DNA of 63,613 nucleotides, counting the filler, from Porpidia crustulata (Eukaryota): NCBI GenBank assembly GCA_964255105.1. It is 11 parts of 11 records of this genome, joined end to end, with 100 filler letters (N's around TTAATTAATTAA, not from the genome) between each part and the next. Parts side by side here need not be neighbours in the genome. Positions count along the whole stretch, not along the records: positions 46,399 to 52,070 come from CAXUWE010001733.1; positions 52,171 to 57,842 come from CAXUWE010001734.1; positions 57,943 to 63,613 come from CAXUWE010001735.1; 8 more parts are not named here. One strand, written 5' to 3'. Within the stretch, counting starts at the first letter, position 1. Every line of letters begins with the position of its first letter. Below are positions 50,492 to 62,999 of the stretch, one piece after another. The position numbers and the translations under genes are program-made. The notes beneath the pieces were generated by a model that saw nothing but the letters and a program-made list of their open reading frames with translations, was not told where the DNA came from and made no database searches.

Positions 50492-51146
50492 GTTGTACAG
50501 GGGTCGGATTTAAGGATTTATTACAAGCGCGGAAGTGACGATTCGTGAAGCTCCGCGACTCTCATACTGTCGTTTAGTATATATCCAGATATCTACTAGA
50601 TACGAAGCTGTAAGTCAGCACATCATCTATTCTGTACAGCAGCAGCGTACCTATCTCAACCACACATCATCTTAGCATCAAGCAGATACGCTTGTAGCCT
50701 ATTTCACTCTTTAACATCAACATAGGAAGCTCTGTTATACTTACTCTACTTACGTGGAAATTTCAACGAGCTTGCTTTATTTAGCCTGCTTTGGTTCACA
50801 TCGACTGGAAGACTTGCCTCAACAGATCCTTTCTCAAGGCATCCTGGGTGTAGCACTGAAGGTATGCTTAAGCTCGTTACGACCGTTCCCTATAGCTCTA
50901 GCAAGTGTCCCAGGCGAGCCAGATCATTCTAGGCTTGAATCTGCATACAATTCGAACGATCAAAACAACGCCAGATCCAGCGCTGATGCTCATAGATCCT
51001 TAGATTTGTGCTTTCATAATAGTCAGCACAAGGATTGCTACTTCCGCAATACCGCAAATCTGTCTTCCTTGCTCGTTCCCCGTACCTTGTCCTTTGCCGC
51101 CAACACCAATTCCGGTCCCCCACGAAAAGCGTCTCGGGATAGGAAG

Positions 51147-51840
51147 ATGAACGATGGCAAGAAGGGGCGAAGGCGGCGCTCTAGCAGTCTGCTGTATCAA
51201 GAGCCACCAGAGTCGTTGGACCACATGAGTGATCAATCAGCTTTGCCTAATCTCAACGCCAACTGGGTGAATGCAAAAGGTGTGGCTACAACTCATGGAT
51301 GGAGAGGATCTTTCCTTGGTGACGTCAAGAAAAGAGAGCTAATGAACCGTCCTATTCCTTCAGGAGCATGGACGATCCACGTCGTCCTCATAGTCGCCCT
51401 CAAAATCCTCTTCGACATCATCCCCGGCGTCTCCCAAGAAACCTCATGGACCCTCACCAACATCTCCTACATGTTTGGCTCCTACCTGATGTTCCACTAC
51501 GTGCGCGGCGTCCCCTTTGAATTCAACGCCGGCGCCTACGACAACCTGAACATGTGGGAGCAAATCGACAACGGCGACCAATACACCCCGGCCAAGAAGT
51601 TCCTCCTGAGCGTGCCCATCGTGCTCTTCTTGCTCAGTACGCACTATACTCATTATGATCTGACGTACTTTACGATCAATTTCTTGGCCGTGCTGGGCGT
51701 CGTGATACCCAAATTGCCATCGGTAGGTTGCCTTCTTTCATGACAAACGCGATCTAGCACTTCCAGCTTGTACTAATCGCCCCTCACAGAGCCATCGGCT
51801 ACGCGTTGGTTTGTTTTCGGGGAACCCTGACGATCGATAG
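51147..51840 (+). CDS. ORM1: ORMDL-family sphingolipid homeostasis protein Orm1
   Basis: RRRRSSS phospho-motif, NLNANWVNAKG|AW, SWTLTN, FHYVRGVPF, WEQID.GDQYTPAKKFL, VVIPKLPS|SHRLR. Introns 51280-51363 and 51723-51789. Confidence 0.96.
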
Positions 51841-52070
51841 CATGTCTTTCTTCCTTTCCGTCTGCCTAGCGTTCGATTTCTGTATTTGAGCATGCAAGGG
51901 TGAAAAGCGAAGGTGGATAGGCGTGGGTCGGCGGACCCGGCGACAAGCTGGATTCATTCATTGCTATTGTAGAAACAACGGACTTCTACCCTCTCTATCT
52001 CGAATTGTTCATCTCCGACCCCTGTTTCCATCCCGTTGTATGTCAATGATCCCGCGATGCCCCGATGATC

Positions 52071-52170
52071 NNNNNNNNNNNNNNNNNNNNNNNNNNNNNN
52101 NNNNNNNNNNNNNNTTAATTAATTAANNNNNNNNNNNNNNNNNNNNNNNNNNNNNNNNNNNNNNNNNNNN
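52071..52170. other. Artificial contig linker
   Basis: N44-TTAATTAATTAA-N44. Confidence 0.99.
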
Positions 52171-53670
52171 GTTGTGTGATGGGTGATGGGTGTGGGGCAG
52201 CGAATGATGGTTGCGTTATGAGATATGACGTATGGAATTTTATGGGTTTCGATTATTGAATATTCCGACGGGGCATGAAACGACGTTTTTGCTTTCTCAT
52301 GCAGCGCGCGGGCGCGGTCAGAGGGCAGCATATAGATTGATATCCTTGCGAAGCGGGCTACAGGTTGTGGGATGCGGGTAGCGTAATAATATATATATAG
52401 TTTTGCACTGGACGTCTGTCCGATTTATTTCGTCTCACAAGTTTCCTGCAGGCTGGTGAAAGCTATCTTTCGCGTCACACTCACGTAATCAGGGGGAAAA
52501 ATAGGTGGGTTCAGAGAATATGAGACACTTTGCTTAGGGTGTGGGGGCAAAGACGAAGAACTGGGAAGGCATTAGGTTATGAATGGGATTATTATTCCCG
52601 TTCAGTGTGAATAGAACCTCAGTGCTCGAGATTTATCGCCTGTTGGCTCACTGTTCGGCACACGTACGCGATTTTGTAATGCGTATGGATATTTGGTGTC
52701 GGGCGACATGATTTGCACTTCATTTTGGTTTTCCCATGGTTATCACGATATATTAGCATCGTATATCCAGGAATCGTAAAACTACCTCGGGTGATCCGCT
52801 GATGGATTGAGAATTTTCTCTCATCTAGCAATTTACCCCATCGGTTATCCATGTGGTCTTCGTTCGCTGTACTTACCCCAGCTACTAGTTCTTAGGTATT
52901 CAAGTTACAGGATCATTCTTCGTTAAGCAGAGAATGGTGAAGGCGGGAGTTTTACCATCCAACAGGACGGAAGGATGTGGAAGCGGGCAATTATCTGAAG
53001 AATCTGCCTACAGGCTGCAAGACTACAAATCCTGAAGTGTGATCATTCCTTCCAAGAGAACACTCAGATAGTGGCCAGCAAAGTAGACAAGGACAAAGAA
53101 GAAGTTAAAAAGCATGAGAATTCTTCCTGGAGTTTGACAGCCTTGTCCCACGGCAATAATTCTCTCACTACCTTGCATCTGATAGATCTATCGATACGGA
53201 CCGGCAGCCGGCCAGTCATTTTGCTGTGAAGTACTGTTGACTAACAGCGTACTTACCAACGTGCAGTCGTAGCGCCATGCATAAGATCTGTACCTTTCCG
53301 CGACCCCATTCGACGGCGAGTAGGACATCTATGGGACAAAAGATATTTAGGCAAGACGGTGGCAATAGACAGGTATTAATAATAGTAATCAAGGCGTCAA
53401 GGGCTGCATTTCCGCGATGCGTAGTTTACTCGTTTCCTTATCAGACCACTAAATCTAGGGTTAGGGCTGTGCTGATAATGATAACCCTAACCCTATGTGT
53501 AATGGTCCGATGAGGGGTGGAAACGGGTACGTAAAGCGATGCGTCACCTCTCTTCACGTCCTCGGCCTTCCACAGACTCGCACCGTTCAGAGATTGCCGA
53601 TTAGAACGATGGGCATCAAAGAGGCCAAAGGCTCTCTGGTCACACAAGTTCTAAGTATTCCCGATCGAGA

Positions 53671-54970
53671 ATGGATAAAGTGAAAAAGATTGGCAAGGAT
53701 AGGTGGCATCCAGAAGGTCGGGAAAGCTGGCGGGGTTCAAATAAGGGCATCAACAAAGTTGTATGTTATCTAAAGTCTCGATTAATATCGATGAGACACT
53801 TCGAACTCACTGCATTCATATCTTCAGGCAGGCTTGGTAGGTAAAGGCAAAGATACACACTCAAGCACGGCAGCTCTAGAGCACCAATCGCGCCCTCTCG
53901 CATCATTGAAGGACCCAGACACTTTTGGACCACCTCCAAAAAATCTGGCATTCCATGGAGCAGCTGCAAGTCCCCACACCAGTTCACCCGACCGAGCGGG
54001 ACTGGATATCCCTTCAAATACCCAGCGGATTAAAACTACGGATGGGCAGCAGCAAAGTGAGGCACAACCTGCAGAAGACCTCGATCAAGGGGCTGCTGCT
54101 CCACCAATTCCGTACCGTGTAGATACTACTGGTCTATCCACGAGCCATCTGTCCAACCCACCGGTACGTCGCCTGGATCATGACAGCCGGCCGAGCAACA
54201 TCCCTCCAAGCCCAGGTAACAAACCCAGACCCGCACTTCCTCCCAGACTGCCACCGCGTCAGAGCCCAGCTCCTGCTCAGTCTACGATAGCTCCGCCTCC
54301 GCCATATGCAAAGGTCATTCAGAGTCCAGTACAGGGTAATTATGTCAACCAAGGCGCATTGAATAGGCTTGGATCGGCTGGTGTCAGCGTACCTGGGCTC
54401 GGCATCGGTCGAGAATCTCAAGACGCAAATCCATGGCGCGATCAACGCGGCTCCAATCCCAATACCGCAACACCTAGTTCTCCTACTACTCAGACACCTC
54501 AGCTGAACGAACTACGGTCGAATTTCTCTCAAATGTCCACCAAATCGCAAAGTCCAGACACACCAATCTGGGGGACTTCATTTGCCGAAAAGCAATCCGC
54601 ACTTCAGACTGTCAATTCACTCCGTAGTGATCCATCATCAGTCTCACTCTCGGACGCTAAGACTACTGCTTCGACGGTGAATAATTTTCACGAGCGTCAC
54701 AGCGACCAGGTTGCAGCAGGCTGGAAGAATGCTAGTGCTGTGAATAGGAAGTACGATGTTGGAAATAAAGTCAATAACTTAGCCACCAATGGAAGTACGT
54801 TGTCTCGTAACGAAGCCACTAATAACCCCGGAAGCGTGGATCCTTTGAACTCGCTTGTGTCGCTTGGCAAGAAGAGAGCACCCCCACCGCCCCTTAAGAA
54901 GCTACATGCTGAAAACAACTCTGTTGCATCTCCACCCTCTATTCCTTTTAGTAGCAAGCCTAAGCCATAA
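53671..54970 (+). CDS. Proline-rich conserved fungal protein (Aim3-like, SH3-ligand rich)
   Basis: Exon 1 MDKVKKIGKDRWHPEGRESWRGSNKGINKV, intron 53761-53827, then SRPLASLKDPDTFGPPPK, PALPPRLPPR, NQGALNRLG.AGVSVPGLGI, KKRAPPPP...SSKP. Confidence 0.7.
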
Positions 54971-55959
54971 TGTTACTGTTGGCTGCGTTGTCGCGGCCTC
55001 TCAAGACTTTTTGATTCATCTCCTACGGAAACAGAGCGTTTCAAGTTTACGGATTCACAGAATCTTTGAGTCGGCAGCTATGCACAAGCTGCGAAAGAAT
55101 AGTTAAGGAGTATGGCATGAAGCTGACGTTTCAGTACACTTTTAGTCCACAATGCATGCTCGACCATTGGCTTGGGCTCTACTTCATATATTATTTGAGC
55201 GGACGGCTAGATGCTATTCCTGGTTAGCAGCCTTGGTATGATCTTGGGAATGGAGCGAGAATTTATGCTCAGTCTGCATGAGCCGCATAATTGTGACACA
55301 CGAACAGAGATTATGCAAGCAGAAACTGAGACATAGGATTGACAGACAAGAGATTTTAAAGGACCAATGAGACTGCTAGAAAATCATGATTTCGGAAGTA
55401 AATTTGGGAAAATGAGGCAGCAACGTGGACTAGCCCTAGGATCAAAGACTTTTCCACACCTAGTCTCGAAGCAGGGCTAAAATTCTATGAATGACCAGCT
55501 GCTACAACAGGATTGTAAAATGTTTCAGCCGCATGCCTTGAGACTCGAGCGCTCGTCAAACAACCAATAGACGCAAATGCTTACTCAGATAAGATAGAAC
55601 CTTATACTTGACATCTTGCAGCCACTACTGCATGAGTGGAATCCTTTGTTGACAATGAATTCTATGAAAGATGCAGGAACGTATATGTGCGCCTGCTCAG
55701 CACCATGTTATATTAACATGTACTCTATCCTTATTGTAATTCTTGAAGCAGATGTTAGGCCCTTGTGACCACTCATAACTTCGATTTTTACAGTTAGCAA
55801 GCAGAAGGCATCGACACCAGCGGTACTAGGGCCGGCATTGAATACGAGGGTGGTCGCTGAGTGTTTGGAGAGCAAAATCTGCATCGAGCTGTTGGGGTTG
55901 CAGATTCCTCGTTCTCGATTTCTTTGCTTGTAGGGTGGAATATCTACCTCCAATAAGGC

Positions 55960-57842
55960 ATGACCTTCCCAATTTGCGCTCTCGTTGGTTTAGCTTGTGC
56001 TTTATCGTACTCCACCAAAGCTGACGCAGCGAATTGCAAATGCGTAAGTCATTGCGTCGGCTCTTGTACCAAAAAAAAAGTCCAGATTTTAAGATGAAAA
56101 TTTCAGGGCCCACGTGATTCGTGCTGGCCGTCAAGTCCAGATTGGACTGCTTTCAATGCATCGGTGGCCGGCAAACTGATAGCAGGCACCCAGCCTGCGG
56201 CATCCTGCTATCCAGGGCCATTGCAGGATGCCTCGACCTGCGCGTTTGTCAATGCACATTGGACGAGCCAGACCTTTCAATCCGGCTCTGCGCTCGGTTA
56301 CTCCTTTCCTTCTGATTCCTGCCCGCTTGTTACCTTCGCTGCCGGAGCGAATCTGACTGATCTTTGTACAATCGGGGATCAGCCATGGTACACTTTGAAT
56401 GCGACAGAACCTGAAGATGTCACAAAAGGAATACTGTTCGCCAAGAAGTATAACATTCGACTGGTAGTAAGAAATACCGGTCATGACCTTCTCCATAGGT
56501 AAGAACTCAGTTTGCATTGGTCGGAAAGCAGCGATTTAACGCACTTTCAGGTCAACTGGGTATGGGAGCTTGCAAATTTGGATTAAATACATCAGCAAAG
56601 GTTTACTTTTCCATGAAACCTTTAAGCCATCAGACATTTGCGCCAAGTCCATCTGGAAGGGCAGTGCTTTCACGATTGGGGGTGGCTACGTCTGGAATGA
56701 TGTGCTAGGCGAAGCCGCAGATAGGAACGTTATAGTCGTCAGTGGTGGAACCTCGGTCAGTATCGCATCCCGGATTGTGGCTGTTACATAGCTAATGATA
56801 TGTAGTCAGTAAGCTGCCTCGGAGGTTGGATGCAGGGCGGCGGTCATGGCCCGGCAGTTCACGATTTTGGCCTCGGCGCAAACCAGGTCTTAGAGATGCA
56901 AGTTGTGCTCGCAGATGGGAGACTCGTAACAGCGAACCCGTGCCAGAATTCCGATCTCTTCTTCGCTCTTCGTGGTGGAGGTGGAAGCACTTATGGCGTG
57001 GTGATATCCACAGTCATAAAGGCTTACCCCACAAACTCTGTCGCCGTCCAGCAGCTATCTTTTGCCCCTTTAACACCTAGTGACGTGCCCGCGTTTATGT
57101 CTGCACTCCAAACAATCTACGAAGCCTATCCAGACTTATCCGATAAAGGTTTCTCTGGCTTTGGCTCCTGGTACGCCTCTTACTTTATGCCCGTTGTCGC
57201 AAACTCCACCACCGGCTTCACTCACACCATCGCCATCCTCGGTAAATCCTCAACTACCGCGAAATCCCTCTTTGCACCCGTAGCAGCCCAACTAGCAAAG
57301 TTCACCACCAACCTCCACATCAACACCACACACTCCTCCTTCCCAACCTACGCATCCTACTACTCCGCCCTCTCCAACATCTCCATGCCCGTTGGCGGCT
57401 CCGCCGCCCTCGGCTCCCGCCTCCTCGACCGTAAAGCTTTGACGTCCAACCCGTCAAAACTCGCATCCACACTCCAGACCCTTGCCGGCAAACCGGGAGA
57501 ATTTACATCCAACAACATCGTCTTCGTCGGCGGCGGCCAGGTCTTCCGCGATGCGAATGACCCTTACTCCGGCGTCAACCCGGCCTGGCGCCGATCCTAC
57601 GTCCACAACATCGTCGCGCGAGGCTGGGCGCCAGGCACGGACCAAAAGACGATCGGTGACGTACGCGACGATATCACCAACGTGAAGACGAGGGCATTGA
57701 AGGAGTTGGCGCCCGATACGGGATGTTATATGAACGAGGCAGATCAGTACGATCCTGATTTCCTGGAGGATTTCTACGGAGAGCATCTGGGGCGGCTGGA
57801 GGGAGTTAAGCGGAAGTATGATCCGGGGGATGTGTTCTATTG
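55960..57842 (+). CDS. Secreted FAD-linked oxidoreductase (FAD_binding_4 + BBE domain; isoamyl alcohol oxidase-like); 3' end truncated
   Basis: Signal peptide MTFPICALVGLACAL..CKC; CWPS..W..FN.SV.GKL; RNTGHD; GGGHGP; NSDLFFALRGGGGSTYGVV; VNPAWR; YMNEAD...FYG....L..VKRKYDP. Confidence 0.93.
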
Positions 57843-57942
57843 NNNNNNNNNNNNNNNNNNNNNNNNNNNNNNNNNNNNNNNNNNNNTTAATTAATTAANN
57901 NNNNNNNNNNNNNNNNNNNNNNNNNNNNNNNNNNNNNNNNNN
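57843..57942. other. Artificial contig linker
   Basis: N44-TTAATTAATTAA-N44. Confidence 0.99.
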
Positions 57943-58824
57943 GATTGGGTTAAGGGTATGGGAGTTGGGTATGGGAGTTGGGTATGGGAATTGGCTCTGG
58001 GAATGGAGGAAATGGAATGGAATTAGAGTGAGGGATGGATGGATAGAGGTGATGGTGATGGTGGATAGGAAGGAGGGGATTTGAAAGGGTTTGTCGTTGG
58101 GTTTTAGTAATGATGGTTAGTTGGAGTGGTTGATGTATGCATGTGTACACAGCAGTCTGGCAAGGGTTGTTTCTTTCGCTGTGGCGAGGGAAGGGGTAGG
58201 GAGGGAGGTGGTTTTATTTCAGCCTGGGCGGGAGTTTTTATTTCCTACAGGCTCAAATGTTGGCGATGGTGAGGAAGAAAGTCTTGGGTCACTGGGATGA
58301 GGAGGGTTGACATGGTATCAAATGGATAGAAGAAGATGTTGTTCAGAGCACAAGAAGAGAGGGTAGGTTGGTCCCGAATGTGCGGCTCTTGCGCGGCGAA
58401 GGTGTCGATGTTGAAGCTCGGTGCTGGAAAGTCGGGGTTGGATATCTTGAACTGTGCGCTTTGGCATCACTCGCAGAAAGCCATAGAGCTTTCTTCTACT
58501 TTCGGCCTCCTTTCTTGTCCTTGACGCTACAGCGCGAAGATAAGTCTGAATTGGGGCCCGAGGCAGCACTGGTCAGATCTTACAAGATCTGATTCTCCGG
58601 TGGCTTTTCTATCGTCTCGATCCGTGTCTCTGATCATTGAGAACCGATTCCGCAAAAGGAAAAAGTTGCGCAATGGGGGCAGTAGTCGAAACCTTGTCTT
58701 GGTGGCGGCTTTCTGGACCCCAATGCTTGATCCTTCATTTCGCGAAGTGGGTAAAGGTCCCCCACTTTTAGATATAATCGTGATTATATTGATCGTAAAG
58801 CATCGTAATCATTGTAGTAAGGCT

Positions 58825-59393
58825 TCAAGTCTTTGGTTGCTCGGTAATGGTACTCGAACCACCTCTTTTCGGCACAAGTTCATACGCATTCTTAACTTGC
58901 CTCGTCTTCCCTTTTCCATTGCTATCCCCGCCTTCTTTACTATGGTCGCAGCATTTGTCGTCCTCGTCGTAATGCTTGTGCGCTTTCGCCTTGCCCTTTC
59001 CGCGCATTTTCGCTCTGGAGTTATCGCCTTCTCTTGAGTCGGAAGAATCGGAGTCGGAGGAAGAGTCGTCTTCTGATGAGGATTCACCCACGGCGCGGGG
59101 GGGATGGTAAATACAGCATACTGTGTTTGTCTGTCAGTCACGATCGTCTGGCACGACGGATACAATCAACTGGGTTACAAACCTTTTGATTTCTTCCTTC
59201 CTAGTCCCTCATTATCAACAACGTTTTCTGCCCATTTGATTCGCCTGCTTTCTACTGGCTCTGCTCGTAGCCGTAATGTTAAGGTGTTGACAGTGGAAGA
59301 TGAGCGGGGAGGACATGTAGTTTGAGTCTGGGTCGCTGTGCTTGATGAGGGGATGGTTGGGAGAGGTCGAGCCTGGGTGGAGTGGGAGGGCAT
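58825..59393 (-). CDS. YPI1: Type 1 phosphatase regulator Ypi1 (inhibitor-3)
   Basis: LTLRLR...RRIKWAENVVDNEGLGRKKSK|VCCIYHPPRAVGESSSEDDSSSDSDS...NAYE..PK; intron 59182-59121. Confidence 0.94.
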
Positions 59394-59681
59394 TGTGGGG
59401 CAGCCGGAGACAGGTAAGTTGTAGCACTAAAAAGGTTTTTGAGAACTTGGGCGTGTAATAGGAGATTTGATAGTAGCGATCTCTGAGATTATGCTTAGGG
59501 CGAGTTTCTATACTACCTTACCTATTTATACTCGTCTACACTAGCGGCAAAGCTAAGCTACGGTATTGTTGAAGGTAACGTGATAACCCTTACCACCAAG
59601 TATAAATGCGATTTTTGACTGCCAATGCCCTGCGAAGCTGTTACTGCCAATACTCTTTGAATATCTGACAGTTCCCGAAAC

Positions 59682-60542
59682 ATGCCTCGCCGAAAGCCGT
59701 TAGAAGATGCAGTCTCGCACTGTCCTCTATTTGGCCTTTCTCCAGAGATCCGTATCATGATATACGAGCTGCTCCTGACAAGTCGGTGGGTGATTGTCTT
59801 TATAGAGCGCCATGGTCGCCGAGCTCCGAGGCTCCGCCGTATGATGTCAGTACGTTTACCACCTGGGGTACCAGATCTTTGGCCTGCACTTCTTCGAACC
59901 TGCCGCCTCCTACATCGAGAGGCTTGCCCGGTCCTATATCGTGGTAACAGTTTTCGGTTTCAAGAGCCTGAGACGTCAGACACTTTCCGTTGGGGCACCG
60001 GCTCCGATAGTGCTGCCTGGGTTGAAGAAATTAATCTTGAATTCTGGCGCACAGCCAACTTTACCTGGTGGTCAGAGTACATTTGCAAGGAGAGGTTCGC
60101 CTTTCGGGCCAACTTTCCACATTTAAAACGCCTTACAATCACTATGATTGGCGGTCTTTCAGTAGCAAGTACGGAACATCTACGCCCTGAATGCGAGCAC
60201 TTTGGAAGGAGCATTAGAGGTCTAGCTTCGGTGCAAATAATTGGGCTGAACGACGAGAGCATGGTCGAAGTCTTTGAGCCTATGCTTGAGAATTCTGGTA
60301 AGAATTCTGGAGATAGAAGAAGTGTGCAAAAACACGTCGCGGAATCTCCTACAAATGTAGGTTGGAAGAACGTAACGCTATGGTGGGGTCTTACGAATGA
60401 AAATCCACCCCATCATAACTCAGAAGATGGCTCACTGATGCCCTGGAGACGTCGTCGTCTGTTCAAACTTGGAGATGGACCTAATTTTACGTACTCCATG
60501 GGGGAGTCATGTATCCCGGGAAGCCCGCCTGATGATTTTTGA
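59682..60542 (+). CDS. Fungal F-box-like protein, intronless
   Basis: CPLFGLSPEIRIMIYELLL ... ALLRTCRLLHREACPVLYRGNSFRF ... FPHLKRLTI. Confidence 0.75.
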   Translation: MPRRKPLEDAVSHCPLFGLSPEIRIMIYELLLTSRWVIVFIERHGRRAPRLRRMMSVRLPPGVPDLWPALLRTCRLLHREACPVLYRGNSFRFQEPETSDTFRWGTGSDSAAWVEEINLEFWRTANFTWWSEYICKERFAFRANFPHLKRLTITMIGGLSVASTEHLRPECEHFGRSIRGLASVQIIGLNDESMVEVFEPMLENSGKNSGDRRSVQKHVAESPTNVGWKNVTLWWGLTNENPPHHNSEDGSLMPWRRRRLFKLGDGPNFTYSMGESCIPGSPPDDF

Positions 60543-61310
60543 CTTCTCAAAATCTTTCCCAGACGTGCCAGTGGAACGTACTGGTCCACTACGAGAGTTC
60601 ATCTCTTAGAGTGCAGAAATCAGGTACTGAGACGGTCTATTGAACAGGGTTTGTGCGATCAAGTTGACATACGAGATGGAAGTCCTCCCACCTTATATCT
60701 GACATTTTCACATAATCCAAATCTCATATCTTACCTTATTCTTTCCACTATCCCCCCGAGATATCTTTCAACTTCCTGGTCGTGGAGTTTATCTCATCCT
60801 AGTCTGTGTGTTCTCGAGTATATGCGGCTTGAACTATCATCAGCGGATCCCATGTTCAATCAGCAGAGGGGGCAATATATGTCTTGCAGCCTGTCTGAGC
60901 GCTATGATGTCGCTCTCGGTCCTGAGCGCGAAGAAACGGAAAGATGGATGATTGTAAGTAAAAAGACCAATCATCAAGTTGAGAAGACCAAAACCCTATC
61001 GAAAGTTGGCTCGATACTTTCCAAAGACTGTAAAATATAGTAAATTCATCCTTCTGTATTACATCTCGTACAGAAGCAGGCACTTACATCCATGCCATGG
61101 TGAGCATATGTAAGCACACTCGGTGATGATTTCTCGTACCTCTGCTTACGTACACACTGCGCGGCACGAAGGGACACTCACTACCTACCTGCTGCAGTTG
61201 GTCGACTCTCGTTTAAGTCACTTACGGCATCAAAAATTGTTACTCTAAAATTACTATGCATAGACTCTAGTACACAAGATCTTGACTTGACATCCTCTTA
61301 CGACATTGTC

Positions 61311-62999
61311 ATGGAGGACGTCGCTGATGTTCACCTTCGCTTGGCGAATGTTTTTGAAAACCTTGCTACACCAGACAAGCAACGTAAAGCATTGAATATA
61401 CTCTTCGAAAGGCTTTCTCATAGCCAAATCAGAGAGTCAATTGCTTCATGAAGTTCTACAGATTTCACCTATGACATTGTGGGGAATCTACCGCTCGAAA
61501 TGATTGCCATGATTTTCCAGCATCTTGAGATTTACCAGATCTTTCAGGCTCGCCGCGTTTCCTCCAAGTGGTTACGATGTCTTTCTGCTTCAGCCATTAC
61601 AGATCCACTTTTGCAGCAGTGGGATGCAATGGGACAAACGCCTTTACGCATTTCTGAAGTTCTTGAGCCTCGTTCAATGGCATCTTATAGAGCAGAGCAT
61701 ATCGATGCTTATCGCAGAGGACTGGCTTTTAGTAGACTTGCTTATGCATGGGAATTCCAGCCTACTGCAGTACCCGATGATTTTGTGTGTGCTGATGGCA
61801 AGCTGGCTTGGATCGACGAGACGAGAAAGGTTTTGAGGGTGCTAGACCTTGAGCACGGCACAACGAATTTCTTCATACCACAAAATCGGGAAACTTTGCA
61901 TCAGATAGCGATATCCATGTTTATCGTTGTAGCCTTGACTACCTCGGGTAAATGTTACGTATGGGAACTTTCTAATGGACGGGCTCATTCCTTCCGGCTC
62001 CTCAGGTATGGAGACCACCTCTTTGCTGGAATAATAACGCTGGCGATACTTCATCGTTCAAAAAGTCCTTCGCACGAGTATGTGACTACGTGGAGTCTTG
62101 AGACTCAAAATTCTTTTACATTCCCAGTGACGGCACGCGAAGGCGTATTTCAAGACGTTAATAAGCAGAGAGGGTCACAGTGGAAGGAAATCATTCTTTA
62201 TGAACAATCTATCGTCGTTTTCGAACATACTCCTGATACGAACACACTTTGGTTCAAACGCTCAGACCTTACTGGCCATGTTCAAGCATCAGGATCTCTG
62301 GACATTGGTGACACTTCCGCATACATCGGTGCCAACGAATATGAACACTTCACACGCTCGGCTAGATTCTATACCGTTTGGTCTTTGATACCAAGTTATG
62401 AGGTTCAAGCATCACGGAACGAATCTAGCGAGGACGTTTATAACGATCGCGCAGGGCTCCTTCGTGTGGTGTTCGACCTAAAACAAGATTGCCTACGCTT
62501 TGAGTGCCACTTTCCCCGTCTCCATCAGAATATATTTCAAGACGAACGCCTTTACCGAATTCCCCAGCACGATCATGAGGAAAATTATATCAATGACTCT
62601 TTTATCTATAAAGACATCGCGTACTACCGCGCACCCTGGGCCGTAGGTTCCTGGGCAGAAGGGGGTCTGAAAGTTATAGATCTTACAAACGGAACCTGCA
62701 ATGTAGCCGACATGGATCGATACACATCCGAGGATTTCGAAAGGTTCCCCTGTTGTGCGAAAAATACTGGTACCGATGGATATCAAGCTCTGCAGTCCCG
62801 ACTCCTTGGTGATGGAATTTATCTCGTAGAGATATCCGCTGGCGGTTTCGTGGCTTGGTGCTTCGATAAGCAGATCACCATGGCTAATGAAGATAGGGGG
62901 TACAGGGTATTCCGAGAGAATCTCATCTCGGAAAGGATCCGACCGAGGCGTGAACGAAGCGGAGCAACCGTCAATCAATCTTCCTCCCAAGCTGGCTGA
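61311..62999 (+). pseudogene. F-box protein with beta-rich C-terminal region, interrupted by one in-frame TGA (61449-61451)
   Basis: F-box DIVGNLPLEMIAMIFQHLEIYQIFQARRVSSKW within a 506-codon ORF. ATG 61311 is in the same frame but separated from it by a single stop. Confidence 0.6.

Noticed and set aside
50754..51146. 131-codon in-frame extension upstream of ORM1
   Set aside because: It starts at GTG, contains no Met, looks non-protein-like and includes a probable 5' UTR intron donor (GTATGC). ATG 51147 matches known Orm1 starts.
34843..51840. Apparent cluster of RNA-processing genes (SF3B1, U1-C, Air1-like)
   Set aside because: SF3B1 is on a different contig. Only U1-C and the Air1-like gene are truly adjacent, which is weak evidence on its own.
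52171..53670. Telomerase RNA candidate based on a TAACCCTAACCC template-like sequence
   Set aside because: On the plus strand the ~1.5-2 kb RNA would overlap a protein gene, and I saw no recognisable pseudoknot or CR4/5 elements. An Infernal search would settle it.
5712..57942. Regularly spaced TTAATTAATTAA motif every ~5.8 kb as a biological repeat or array
   Set aside because: It is always embedded in N44 flanks: a synthetic six-frame-stop linker.
57943..58140. G-rich short repeats (GGGTATGGGAGTT-like) as a telomere or functional array
   Set aside because: About three imperfect copies in low-complexity sequence at a contig end, and not TTAGGG arrays.
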